This document shows, one piece after another, positions 20,604 to 29,922 of a DNA stretch of 64,000 nt. Positions within the stretch are counted from its first letter, which is position 1. Each line of letters starts with the position of its first letter. This stretch comes from Candidatus Hydrogenedentota bacterium (GTDB taxonomy: Bacteria > Hydrogenedentota > Hydrogenedentia > Hydrogenedentales > JAEUWI01): contig JAXMOL010000022.1 of NCBI GenBank assembly GCA_034669905.1, positions 32,001 to 96,000 on the forward strand, in the 5' to 3' direction. Made by a program: the position numbers and the translations under genes. The notes under the pieces were generated by a model that saw only the letters and a program-made list of their open reading frames with translations, had not been told where the DNA came from and made no database searches.

Positions 20604-20957
20604 TGGGAGCCACTGGCACCCATTCCGGCGGGCCGCCGGCGCTCCATAGGCTCGTCCACTGGGCGACGGACGGGACGGTATCGCGCACGAAGCCCCGGCG
20701 TAATCCAAGTCCGCGTCACTCCAGCCCACACGCCTGTCATCACCCCCACGATGCCAACGCGCGTTCCTGTACGGGTGGCCGTAGGCACGCCGATCACCAA
20801 TTCCATCACGAAATCCAGTTCGCAGCCCAGTCCCTTCCCCCGCCCCACCGGGACATGCAGCCGCCCGACGGACAATCGGGCAACCCCAGAGTCGAAAAAA
20901 GAGCGGCTATCGGCGCACACCCCAACAACGCTTCAGCCCTCTGCGGCAGAACGTCCC
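20604..20957. repeat. Second, diverged copy of the palindromic repeat block
   Basis: Hairpin module 20604-20650; type B unit 20672-20773 (GGGACGGTATCGCGC...GCGCGTTCCTGTACG); unit 20850-20957 (GGGACATGCAGCCGC...GCGGCAGAACGTCCC); 22-bp exact match 20844-20865 = 13393-13414. Confidence 0.85.
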
Positions 20958-21106
20958 TGCCACCCCCGTCGACACGCGCAGCCGGCGAATAGCAAGCAAG
21001 CCAGGAAGAGGTGGATTCGAAGCTCCCCCTAATACAAAATGGGGCTGACAATCGAGGCCGCCCGCCTCGATCATCAGCCGATTGACCCAATAAGCTATTG
21101 GAAACG

Positions 21107-21346
21107 TCAGGCTTCTTTTGCGCCGGCTTTTTTCACCAGAACCGCTTGCGGTCCTTTCGTGCCCTCCTTCAGCTGGTATTCCACATCCTCACCTTGACGC
21201 AACGTGCGAAATCCGTCCATATCGATAGCGGTATGGTGCACGAAAACATCGCTTGCTTCATCGCGGGCGATGAACCCGTACCCCTTTTGATCGCTGAACC
21301 ATTTGACCTTTCCGGATTTCAGTGTAGAGGCTTCTAAATCAGACAC
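21107..21346 (-). CDS. cspA: Cold-shock domain protein
   Basis: GKVKWFSDQKGYGFI, DVFVHHTAI, GFRTL, KGPQA; RBS GGAGGAGG before GTG. Confidence 0.93.
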   Translation of the reverse strand: MSDLEASTLKSGKVKWFSDQKGYGFIARDEASDVFVHHTAIDMDGFRTLRQGEDVEYQLKEGTKGPQAVLVKKAGAKEA

Positions 21347-21694
21347 GACCTCCTCCCTTCCTGTTGCTGCTTACTCCCATGTAAGTACTGCAAGTATTTC
21401 CCTTGAAAACACCTGTTACGACCTACAAACCTATTCCGCAAATTCCAGCATAGACAGGAAGTGTGGAATCTGTCAATAGAAATAGTTGTGTTGTACTAAA
21501 GCAAGACAGAAGGCTTGCAAATAATTTCCCTTATTTCAATAAAATCTAGCAAAAACCAGCCCAAAGGCGTCCAATTGAGCCAATCGGCCAAGGTGGCCGC
21601 TGCAGGACTCCGTCTGGCGAGGGCCGTAGTTGCGGCGGGATGCGTCAGGCCGTATACTTCCGCATGGATTGTACACAGACCAGGGAGTGAGCAT

Positions 21695-22657
21695 ATGCGG
21701 GTATTGGTAACCGGGGGTGCGGGTTTCATTGGATCACATCTGTGTGATGCACTGGTGAAACGGGGTGATCAGGTCACCGTCTTGGATGACCTGAGTACGG
21801 GACGCTTTGAAAACATCGAGCATCTGGACTCGGTCACCTGTGTGGTCGATACGACCATGAACCAGGAAATCGTCCGTGATCTGGTGCGTGAGGTGGACGT
21901 CATCTATCACCTGGCGGCCACGGTGGGCGTGCAGCTCGTGGTCGATCAACCCATCCACACCATCGTCAACAATATCCGCGGCACGGAAATCGTTCTGGAA
22001 GAAGCGTGTCGCTACCGCCGCAAGATTTTGCTCACGTCCACGAGTGAGGTCTATGGCAAGGGATCGCGGGAAATCTTCAACGAGGAAGATGATCGGGTCA
22101 TCGGCCCCACCCACAAGCACCGCTGGTGCTATGCGGCTTCCAAGGCCATTGACGAGTTTCTCGCGTTGGCCTACTGGCATGAAAAGCGACACCCGGTTGT
22201 GGTCGTGCGCCTTTTCAACACGGTGGGCCCCCGTCAGACGGGGCGCTACGGTATGGTCATCCCCAACCTGGTCTCTCAGGCGCTGGAAGGGCGCCCCCTG
22301 ACCGTCTTTGGCGATGGCACCCAGTCCCGGTGCTTTACCTATGTGGGCGATGTCGTGCCCGCACTGGTCACCCTGATGGACCGCAACGACCTCAACGGCG
22401 AAGTCTTCAATATCGGCAGCGACCACCGGGTCTCCATCACCGATCTGGCCCAGCAAATCATCACGCAGTGCGGCAGCCCATCGAAAATCACCTACATCCC
22501 CTATGACGAAGCCTACGGCGCCGGCTATGAAGATATGCAGCACCGTGCACCCTGCCTGGAAAAGATCAGCAAGGCCATCGGCTACGCGCCCACCACTGAC
22601 CTGTCCGCCATCCTTGATTCGGTCATCACCGAACAACGCCAGCGGGCAAGCCGTTAA
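21695..22657 (+). CDS. NAD-dependent nucleotide-sugar epimerase/dehydratase
   Basis: MRVLVTGGAGFIGSHL, STSEVYGK, YAASK, RLFNTVGPRQ, GDGTQSRCF; RBS GGGAG before ATG 21695. Confidence 0.92.
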   Translation: MRVLVTGGAGFIGSHLCDALVKRGDQVTVLDDLSTGRFENIEHLDSVTCVVDTTMNQEIVRDLVREVDVIYHLAATVGVQLVVDQPIHTIVNNIRGTEIVLEEACRYRRKILLTSTSEVYGKGSREIFNEEDDRVIGPTHKHRWCYAASKAIDEFLALAYWHEKRHPVVVVRLFNTVGPRQTGRYGMVIPNLVSQALEGRPLTVFGDGTQSRCFTYVGDVVPALVTLMDRNDLNGEVFNIGSDHRVSITDLAQQIITQCGSPSKITYIPYDEAYGAGYEDMQHRAPCLEKISKAIGYAPTTDLSAILDSVITEQRQRASR

Positions 22658-22669
22658 TGCCCTCCACCA

Positions 22670-24430
22670 TCAGTTGGCAGGTACGCGGATATCGTCCTTG
22701 GTGAACTCCGAATCCAGGTGAATCCAGGTCTTATCGATATCGACGGGGCCTGTCATCAGCAATTCGCTCGTGATATCGGCCGAGTAGATGGGGGCGCTCA
22801 GGGCCAGCACTTCCACGGGGCCATATCCCTTGTTGGGGTTGGTCGGCTGCCGAATGACGCGTACCCGATAGGAACTTTCGTATTCCGTCTGCTGGGGCGA
22901 GGCGAAGGAAAAGCGGTCGCTATCGACCACCTGGGTCAACACCGGGTAACCGTCGCGCAGTAACTGCACTTTGGCGCCTTGGGCGTTAAAGACGGTTACG
23001 TGAAAGGCCACCTCAATACGGAGCGGCACAGCGCCCCCCACACCCACGTCCATCTTATTGTCCACGAGGGCATCAGCACGAAAGTCGATTTCTACCCCGC
23101 CAATTTCGCTGCTGACGAAAGTACGTCCCATTCGCAATCCATGAAGAATACCTTCCAGCGACTTGTTCGGTGCTTTCACCCAGGTAACCGGGGCCCCCAT
23201 TGGCTTGCTGCGCTTGTCAATCATGCCCCCGGCAATGGGGCTACTTACCGCCCCCCGCCCAAGCTCATAGTCCCAGAAGAGTGCCGCCTGATCATTGGCG
23301 GAAACACTCACGTTCTTCCGCTTCGCGGCGGCGGCCGCTGCCTGGGTCTTATCGGATACCGCCGCTGCCGCTGCGATAGAACGCTTCAATTTGCCGTTCT
23401 CCCGGACTTTCTCGGCTTCAGAGAGGTCAGACAGGTGAAGCGGCGGTGCGGCCCGCCAGGGGCCGTTCCAGACCTGTACGGCATTCACAAAGCCAAGCCC
23501 CCAACGCCAGGGCGCTTCGGAAAAGCAGGGATGGGCGATGGCAAAGACACCTCCCTGACTCTGGATACGGATACACTCCGCCTGGGCCGCTTCCCGCGTC
23601 GTGGGCATGCCCGGCTCGGTGGCGGGGCCATAAATCAATCCAATCCCCTGTTCTCTGGTGCCCCAGGCCAACGCCGGGATCAGGACCACACTGTCCGACT
23701 TGAAACCCGGATCATAGTAAGCCTCCATGGTATTCAGGTCGGTAATCGCAAGGAAGTCGAGGCCCGCTTTCTCCGCACGGGCCACCAGCTCAGCCACCGT
23801 CTCCTCCCCACCCCCATAGGTGCTTACGGCATGCAGTTCGCCCTTGTACCATTTGTCCTCTTCGGAAAAAACCCGCTGATCAAAAACTATCGGACGATGT
23901 CCCGGGATACTGCGCGGATCCTCCGGGTCGGTCCCCACGATCAATTCGACCTTATCGATGGCCAGATCTTTATCGAGATCATAATCGTGCACGGTGAGTT
24001 TACCGCTGGCGCCTTCGAGCAGATTCACCAGCACATAGGACGTGTCCCCTTCGCTCACGGAGAGCTCCTGGGCATGCACCATGACGGGAACCTTTTCATC
24101 ATAGACATAGACGTAGGCGTAGTACGCGCCCACCCCCGGGTGTATGGTCTGGAGTCCCGGTGCAATCTCGAACGCCGTTTTCCGGAAGTCGCTGACGTCT
24201 TGAAGTTCCAGTCGGGAGGCCAGGCTGCGACCATTCACATCGGACACGTCGATTTCCACCGTGCCTTTTGCGGAGGACGACGGCGCGGTGGCCGGCTTCG
24301 GCGTTGGAATCGAAGTGCCCTGCTCCGCGGATTCTGACGTGGCCTCGCTTGAATCGGCCGACGGCGTGGTGGGTGTCGAAGCACATCCGGCTACCAACAG
24401 TATGATGAAACTACACAATCCGAGTCGCAT
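22670..24430 (-). CDS. Lipoprotein with PHP-fold (CehA/McbA-like) domain, metal ligands degenerate
   Basis: Lipobox LVAGC; WYKGELHAVSTY, AGLDFLAITDLN, IAHP, GLRMGRTFVS. Confidence 0.75.
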   Translation of the reverse strand: MRLGLCSFIILLVAGCASTPTTPSADSSEATSESAEQGTSIPTPKPATAPSSSAKGTVEIDVSDVNGRSLASRLELQDVSDFRKTAFEIAPGLQTIHPGVGAYYAYVYVYDEKVPVMVHAQELSVSEGDTSYVLVNLLEGASGKLTVHDYDLDKDLAIDKVELIVGTDPEDPRSIPGHRPIVFDQRVFSEEDKWYKGELHAVSTYGGGEETVAELVARAEKAGLDFLAITDLNTMEAYYDPGFKSDSVVLIPALAWGTREQGIGLIYGPATEPGMPTTREAAQAECIRIQSQGGVFAIAHPCFSEAPWRWGLGFVNAVQVWNGPWRAAPPLHLSDLSEAEKVRENGKLKRSIAAAAAVSDKTQAAAAAAKRKNVSVSANDQAALFWDYELGRGAVSSPIAGGMIDKRSKPMGAPVTWVKAPNKSLEGILHGLRMGRTFVSSEIGGVEIDFRADALVDNKMDVGVGGAVPLRIEVAFHVTVFNAQGAKVQLLRDGYPVLTQVVDSDRFSFASPQQTEYESSYRVRVIRQPTNPNKGYGPVEVLALSAPIYSADITSELLMTGPVDIDKTWIHLDSEFTKDDIRVPAN

Positions 24431-24734
24431 TCGGTGCTCCTATCCTGAGATTTCATGTGCCCATATACCCGCGTCGCAGGCGTCATGTCCCTGCGCTTCG
24501 AACCCGCTGCGTTCGTCCCATCCAGGCTTCCGCATTTCCGCGGACCTTCTCACGTCAACGTCTTACCCGGCGCACGGGTTGACCACGAAGCAACGTGGTT
24601 GAAGGGGTACTGCCTCCGCAGCAGCGCACGACACAACAGAAGGCGATTATACCCTGTGGTGAATCAAACAACAACGGTCGCGCCTCCTTCCGGGAAGCGC
24701 CGGATTTCCCAAAAAAACATTTGCAGAAATGAAC

Positions 24735-24764
24735 TTGCCATAAACTCCTTGTGCAGTTTAGAAT
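24735..24764 (+). promoter_or_regulatory. Putative sigma70 promoter upstream of GntR gene
   Basis: TTGCCA-18bp-TAGAAT in AT-rich region. Confidence 0.4.
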
Positions 24765-24913
24765 ACATAGGGAGCTGGTTCTTTATGTAATACTACAGTT
24801 CGGGGCGTTGTCGATAGTTCAGAATTCGTTTCCGACGGTTTGCACACGTTGTAGCTTGAGGAAATGAAACAAACGAGTGCACCGTACTTACTCCGGTGTA
24901 GAAAGCAGGTCCG

Positions 24914-25393
24914 ATGCCACGCCAAAAACACCAATCCAGCGAAGAAATGCTTCAGATGCTCTCCAGCATCGATATCCACAGCAACGTTGCCGTGTATCTG
25001 CAGATTGAAAATCATGTTCAATTTGCGATTACCGCCGGCCGTCTCACCGCCGGAGAACAGCTCCCCTCCGTCCGTGAGTTGTCCGAACGGCTCGACGTCA
25101 ATCCCAACACGGTGGCCAAAGCCTATCGCGATCTGGAAGTCATGGGATTGCTCTATACCCGCCGTGGAAAAGGCGTGTTCGTAAAAGACGGCATCGAGAA
25201 GAAATGCCGTGAGGATTGTATGGACCGTATCGTGGCCCGCATCCATGAAGTCATGGTCGAAGCCCGGGTGGCCGGCATGAACCCCAAGGTGGTCAATGAA
25301 ATTGTGGCCAAGTGCCTGGCCAACGGTGCCAGCCCCTATGCCCCCCCGCCCGCCTCCCTGTTGAAAATGGCCCGAAAAGCGACCCGCAAATAA
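24914..25393 (+). CDS. GntR-family (YtrA-like) transcriptional regulator
   Basis: VYLQIENHV, GEQLPSVRELSERLDVNPNTVAKAYRDLE, RRGKGVFV; true start may be a downstream Met. Confidence 0.92.
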   Translation: MPRQKHQSSEEMLQMLSSIDIHSNVAVYLQIENHVQFAITAGRLTAGEQLPSVRELSERLDVNPNTVAKAYRDLEVMGLLYTRRGKGVFVKDGIEKKCREDCMDRIVARIHEVMVEARVAGMNPKVVNEIVAKCLANGASPYAPPPASLLKMARKATRK

Positions 25394-25418
25394 CCCCCTG
25401 CCTCCCACCTGATTTCTT

Positions 25419-25452
25419 GCCGTTGCTGCGACTGCAGCAGCGGTCTTTTTTT
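25419..25452 (+). terminator. Rho-independent terminator after GntR gene
   Basis: GCCGTTGCTGC-gact-GCAGCAGCGGT then CTTTTTTT. Confidence 0.75.
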
Positions 25453-25691
25453 GCTGTCAACTTTAGACCCCTGTGCATCGTTATATCGGTAGATGGCAAC
25501 ACAATGATCCATTGCGTCCTATCCGGCTCCGACCATGAAGGCCCCCCACGGGTCTAAGGCCTTGTATTCTGGGCCTGTCATACCGGACTGACGAAAATGT
25601 ACAACAAACTGTCAGTCCCCTTAACCCCATATATGCCAAGGATTTCCCATCGCCCCCCATGGCACATCGACAGAAATTTAACACATAACTC

Positions 25692-25720
25692 TTGACATTC
25701 CTGTTTAATTCATGTACACT
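25692..25720 (+). promoter_or_regulatory. Near-consensus sigma70 promoter
   Basis: TTGACA-17bp-TACACT. Confidence 0.7.
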
Positions 25721-25904
25721 GAGGGTGTAATTCTTGGGAAAGTATTAACTGCGGACTTGCCGGATTCCCCGGCACCTTGCGATTCGTTTCGTCTCGCGGA
25801 CGTAACAATTCAGACCTCATACGTTCTTATTTGCCTTCGAAAGTCATGTGGACGTTCGAAGACCTGACGAGCGCAAGTCAAACTCATGTGGAGGTGCGAA
25901 ACAT

Positions 25905-26429
25905 ATGAGTACGGAAACACATCTTGGAACGGAAGTAGAAGTTAGTGAAGGCCCGGGTCGTCTGACCCACGGGGCCAAAGTGAAACGTGGCCAGCTCACT
26001 TCGGTGCAGCAGGGCCGCTATGGAACAGGTCCCGCCCCCTATGGCTACCGGCGCGGACTGGAAGGCGAAAAGCCCCTGGTCGTAGACGATCGGGAAGCCG
26101 AAGTGGTACGCCTTATTTTCCGCGAATACCTGGTAACCCGGAGCACCGGGAAAGTGGTGAACTATCTCCACAGCAAGAACATTTTTACCCGCAAGGGGAA
26201 CAAATGGTCCCGTCAGGCGATTGCAATCATCCTCTCCAACCGGACCTATCGCGGTCGCGTCAGCTATGGCGATTTGGAGACGGAAGGCCTGCATGAGCCC
26301 ATCATCGAGCCGGCCCTCTTTTACAAGGCCAATGCCCTCAAGGAACGCAAACGGCGTCAGTCGAAAGACCAATTGCCCATGGCGTCTGCCCCGAAGAAGC
26401 CGGGGAATTTCCGATGGGTCGCTCCCTGA
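25905..26429 (+). CDS. Stand-alone 'Recombinase' DNA-binding domain protein (large serine recombinase RD, no catalytic domain)
   Basis: GRYGTGPAPYGY, LVVDDREAEVVRLIFREY, WSRQAIAIILSNRTYRG, GLHEPIIEPALF; RBS GGAGGTG before ATG 25905; no YxRxS catalytic motif. Confidence 0.85.
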   Translation: MSTETHLGTEVEVSEGPGRLTHGAKVKRGQLTSVQQGRYGTGPAPYGYRRGLEGEKPLVVDDREAEVVRLIFREYLVTRSTGKVVNYLHSKNIFTRKGNKWSRQAIAIILSNRTYRGRVSYGDLETEGLHEPIIEPALFYKANALKERKRRQSKDQLPMASAPKKPGNFRWVAP

Positions 26430-26450
26430 CCTGAAGCTCCCAGCATTACG

Positions 26451-26498
26451 AAAAAGACCGCTGCGGAATCCAAGTGATTCTACAGCGGTCTTTCTTTT
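26451..26498. terminator. Bidirectional terminator between convergent genes
   Basis: AAAAAGACCGCTG.GGAATC-caagt-GATTCT.CAGCGGTCTTTCTTTT. Confidence 0.8.
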
Positions 26499-26544
26499 GT
26501 AAGCGTTTGACTAAGAAGACGTAAGCAAGCGGTGTACCCGTGGC

Positions 26545-27204
26545 TCAGCGACCGGTCCACACATCGGGTTCGTTCGGCTCACTCAATTCGATACGGTCAT
26601 CTTCCGGCAACAACAACTCCGGACTGTCGGCATCCTGGGCACCCGTGGTAGGTTCCGGCTCCGCAACGGGCGTGTCGGCGACCTTGGCTTCCGCCTCCGC
26701 CTCATCGGCCTCATCAGGATTTTGCAATTCCGCTTCGGGCTCCGCGTCCACGGCCTCCCCTTCCCCCGCGCCTTCGCCCTCTGCTCCCGAACCATAACCG
26801 ACCGTCTCTTCCGGATATGCTCCCTTATCCACACCGTACTGATTGTCGTCGCTCGACTCCCAGCCATAGGGGTCATCACCGTATTCGTCGATTTCCGTGC
26901 CGGCCATCACCTTCCGGTCCTCCTCGTTCAGAGAAGGATTCCCCGGCTCAGACCCCTCGTCGTCGTCCCCGTGGGTCAGCGAATCAATATACTTTTCCGG
27001 ATCAATCTTGGAGAGTTGGTCCATCTCTTTTTTGATGGGCGTCAACTCTTTGGTCAAATCCGTCTTCACATCGTCCACATACCCCCGCAAATCACGCACT
27101 GTCCGAATAACCAGTTTGGCAAAATCGGGAAACTTCTCCGGTCCGATTACCACCAGCGCAATACCGGCGATGAGAACCATCTCGCTGAAACCTATTCCAA
27201 GCAT
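26545..27204 (-). CDS. tatB: Sec-independent translocase TatB with long acidic tail
   Basis: MLGIGFSEMVLIAGIALVVIGPEKFPDFAK; adjacent to tatC. Confidence 0.88.
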   Translation of the reverse strand: MLGIGFSEMVLIAGIALVVIGPEKFPDFAKLVIRTVRDLRGYVDDVKTDLTKELTPIKKEMDQLSKIDPEKYIDSLTHGDDDEGSEPGNPSLNEEDRKVMAGTEIDEYGDDPYGWESSDDNQYGVDKGAYPEETVGYGSGAEGEGAGEGEAVDAEPEAELQNPDEADEAEAEAKVADTPVAEPEPTTGAQDADSPELLLPEDDRIELSEPNEPDVWTGR

Positions 27205-27218
27205 GGGATTTGTACTCC

Positions 27219-28073
27219 TTATTCAGCCTGGGCTTCTTCTGCCCGGCGACGTCGAATGACGAGATAAGACAACCAGATGCTCCCTTCGTAGAGCCCATAA
27301 AGGGGCACGAGCATGAAGGTCATGGTGATGGGGTCGGGCGGAGTGAGCATGGCCGAACACACCGCCAACCCGACTATGGTTATCTTACGGTACTGTTTCA
27401 AGGTGTCGGGGGTCAAAATGCCGAGATACACCAGAATCAGCACCACCATAGGAAATTGAAAGGCAATACCAAAGGCCAGCAGGGCCTTGAAAATCATCGA
27501 GACGGTCTCGTTCATCCGAAGCTGAACACTGACACCCTCGGGCACGAAATTGGCCAGATAAGGCAGCACAAAGGGCAACACACCGAAATAGGCCACCGCC
27601 ACCCCCGCAAAGGCCAGCAAACTACAACCTACGAGCAGAAACTGAGCTGCCCGTCGCTCCCGATCGTGGAGTCCGGGAAAAATGAAGGCACATAGCTGGA
27701 AAAGTATCACCGGGATGGCAAATAGCAATCCGCCATAACCCGCGATCTTCAACTTGACGAATACGGGCTCCAAGGGGTTAAGAACGGTCCAATTCGCGGA
27801 CTTCAACGCCCCATCATCGCTTTCCACCGCCATATCGTTGGACGGCACCGGTCCCCCCTCCACCGTAGGCGCGCCGCTGCTGACATTCACATTGGGAATC
27901 GTCGTGTCCAGAATCTGCAAGGGGCGGGCAAGGGCGGCGAAGATAAAATCCGACAGGATGTAACATATCAGCACACCCACCATCACGGCGATACCTGAGC
28001 GAATCAAACGAACCCGCAACTCACCCAGGTGCTCGGTAAAACTCATTCGCGCTTCATCATCCGACACTGCCAA
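27219..28073 (-). CDS. tatC: Sec-independent translocase TatC
   Basis: MSFTEHLGELRVRL, FIFPGL..ER, AFQFP, AMLTPPDPITM, LYEGSI. Confidence 0.95.
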   Translation of the reverse strand: MAVSDDEARMSFTEHLGELRVRLIRSGIAVMVGVLICYILSDFIFAALARPLQILDTTIPNVNVSSGAPTVEGGPVPSNDMAVESDDGALKSANWTVLNPLEPVFVKLKIAGYGGLLFAIPVILFQLCAFIFPGLHDRERRAAQFLLVGCSLLAFAGVAVAYFGVLPFVLPYLANFVPEGVSVQLRMNETVSMIFKALLAFGIAFQFPMVVLILVYLGILTPDTLKQYRKITIVGLAVCSAMLTPPDPITMTFMLVPLYGLYEGSIWLSYLVIRRRRAEEAQAE

Positions 28074-28110
28074 TTCCTTTTCGTCTTCGCTATCGCTATG
28101 CAGTCACCAT

Positions 28111-28137
28111 AAAAAAAGGGTGTCTTTTCAGACACCC
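28111..28137 (-). terminator. Rho-independent terminator after HU/IHF gene
   Basis: GGGTGTC/GACACCC stem with A7 on + strand (U-tract on -). Confidence 0.75.
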
Positions 28138-28190
28138 GAATAGTAACATTTATAAAGTATCCAGCGCACGATTACGATGCGTTCAACGCA

Positions 28191-28544
28191 TCAGAATGCG
28201 CCTCCCTGTGCCGACCGTTCCTCGTCTTCGTGGTGGCCACCTACCGTGGGCGGAATACCCGTCGGATCCGCCTTCTCCACCCACTCTTTCAACGCTTTTC
28301 CCGGTTTAAAGATGGGAATACGCTTTTCTGAGATAGGCACCGAGTCCCCCGTGCGCGGATTCCGTCCCAATCGGGCATCACGAATCTTCACCTCAAAGAC
28401 ACCGAAGTTTCGGATCTCCAGGCGATCACCATGAGACAGGGCCTCGGTAATAGTATCGAGGGTCGTCTGCACCACATCGGACACTTCATTCTGGGTGAAG
28501 CCTAACTGCTCCGCTACGCTGATCACCAATTCACGCTTGGTCAC
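28191..28544 (-). CDS. ihfB: HU/IHF-beta family DNA-binding protein
   Basis: MTKRELV, LEIRNFGVFEV, GRNPRTG, FKPGKALKE. Confidence 0.9.
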   Translation of the reverse strand: MTKRELVISVAEQLGFTQNEVSDVVQTTLDTITEALSHGDRLEIRNFGVFEVKIRDARLGRNPRTGDSVPISEKRIPIFKPGKALKEWVEKADPTGIPPTVGGHHEDEERSAQGGAF

Positions 28545-28595
28545 CGCCGTCCCTTTCGTCCGATTACGCAGGCCACTTCTGCAGCCCGCAGCCCG

Positions 28596-29174
28596 TTAGA
28601 GACCGAGCGGTGCACGCCAGGCATTTGCAAGACCACCTGGGTTAATGAGGATAAAGCCTACAATGAGCGCCAGGATACCGAAGAGAATCAGGATCGTCTT
28701 CGTATTTTTGCTCATACCGCCACCACCGCCGCCGCCGCCAGCCATCTCACCGCCGGTCGGGGGAATAAAGATTTTCTCGCCTGCTTCGGCCCGCGCGCGC
28801 TTGTCGTCTACAGCGCCGAGGGTTTCATTGATGGCGATAAAGGCCCGGTGCCATTCCGTCTGAAGCTTCTTCACAGCCACTTCGGACTGGGAGTAGATAG
28901 CTTCAAGGCTGGTCGCACCAGAAACGATGTTCATCGTATTGTTGTCGAGCTCGTAGTCGTTGGCCAGGGTTTCCTTGAGCACCTTGTGGGTGCGCGCCAA
29001 CTTACTCTTGATCTTCAGAAACTGGGTCTCCAACTCGGCCTTATTGATGCCGGGCTCAGGATACCGCGTAAGAATCTGATTGAAAAGCATCCAGTCATTC
29101 ATGAATTCCCGGCACAATTCCACGCGCCGCGATAACTGGTCTACAATCTTTTGTTGTTTTTTGCTAAGGGCCAT
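28596..29174 (-). CDS. Hypothetical helical protein with Gly linker and C-terminal TM
   Basis: Clean ORF in operon direction; start placed at MALSKK; GGGGGGG linker then hydrophobic helix. Confidence 0.7.
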   Translation of the reverse strand: MALSKKQQKIVDQLSRRVELCREFMNDWMLFNQILTRYPEPGINKAELETQFLKIKSKLARTHKVLKETLANDYELDNNTMNIVSGATSLEAIYSQSEVAVKKLQTEWHRAFIAINETLGAVDDKRARAEAGEKIFIPPTGGEMAGGGGGGGGMSKNTKTILILFGILALIVGFILINPGGLANAWRAPLGL

Positions 29175-29343
29175 TGTTTGTAACCACTCCGCGTTGTAGT
29201 GTCCCCACTCAGTAGAGCCTAATCTAGCATACGAGCAGGACAAAGTCAACCGGCACAATCTGATTTAAGTCCGCAGATTGTAACCGCTTACAGATGTCTT
29301 GATTCCATGACAATTATAGCTGCAAAACCGTAAAAACACAAAT

Positions 29344-29922
29344 TTAATGCCGGGCCTGACCCAGCGCCAGAAAATTCCGAATCAATTGCTTGCCACATCC
29401 TGTCAGAATGCTCTCCGGATGAAACTGAAGGCCCCACACCGGATCCTTCCGATGGGCCACGGCCATGATCTCCCCCGCATCGGTTTCAGCAATGATTTCC
29501 AGCGATTCGGGGCAACTTTCCCGTTCGATAATCAGCGAGTGATATCGGGTCGCCTCAAAGGGCGAAGCGATGTCGGCAAAGAGCGGGTGACCGGTATGGT
29601 GCATGGCGCTGATTTTGCCGTGCATGATACGGTCAGCGCGCACGATATTTCCGCCGTAGGCGGCGCCAATACTCTGGTGCCCCAGGCACACGCCAAGAAT
29701 CGGGAAATCCGGACCGAGCTCGCGAATGACATCCACCGAAATCCCGGCTTCATTGGGCGTGCACGGACCAGGCGACACGATAATATGATCAGGTTTGAGT
29801 TCCCGCACCCCCGCGACATCGATCGCGTCGTTGCGGAAGACCCGCACATCATCCACCACCTCCCCGAAGTACTGGACCAGATTGTAGGTAAACGAATCGT
29901 AGTTGTCAATCAGCACTATCAT
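29344..29922 (-). CDS. trpG: Anthranilate synthase component II (glutamine amidotransferase)
   Basis: IDNYDSFTYNL, SPGPCTP, LGVCLGHQ, RYHSL, QFHPES; ATGA overlap with trpE. Confidence 0.93.
   Translation of the reverse strand: MIVLIDNYDSFTYNLVQYFGEVVDDVRVFRNDAIDVAGVRELKPDHIIVSPGPCTPNEAGISVDVIRELGPDFPILGVCLGHQSIGAAYGGNIVRADRIMHGKISAMHHTGHPLFADIASPFEATRYHSLIIERESCPESLEIIAETDAGEIMAVAHRKDPVWGLQFHPESILTGCGKQLIRNFLALGQARH

Noticed and set aside
25848..26429. Prophage/ICE integrase marking a mobile element
   Set aside because: No catalytic serine domain, no att/tRNA site and no mobile genes nearby
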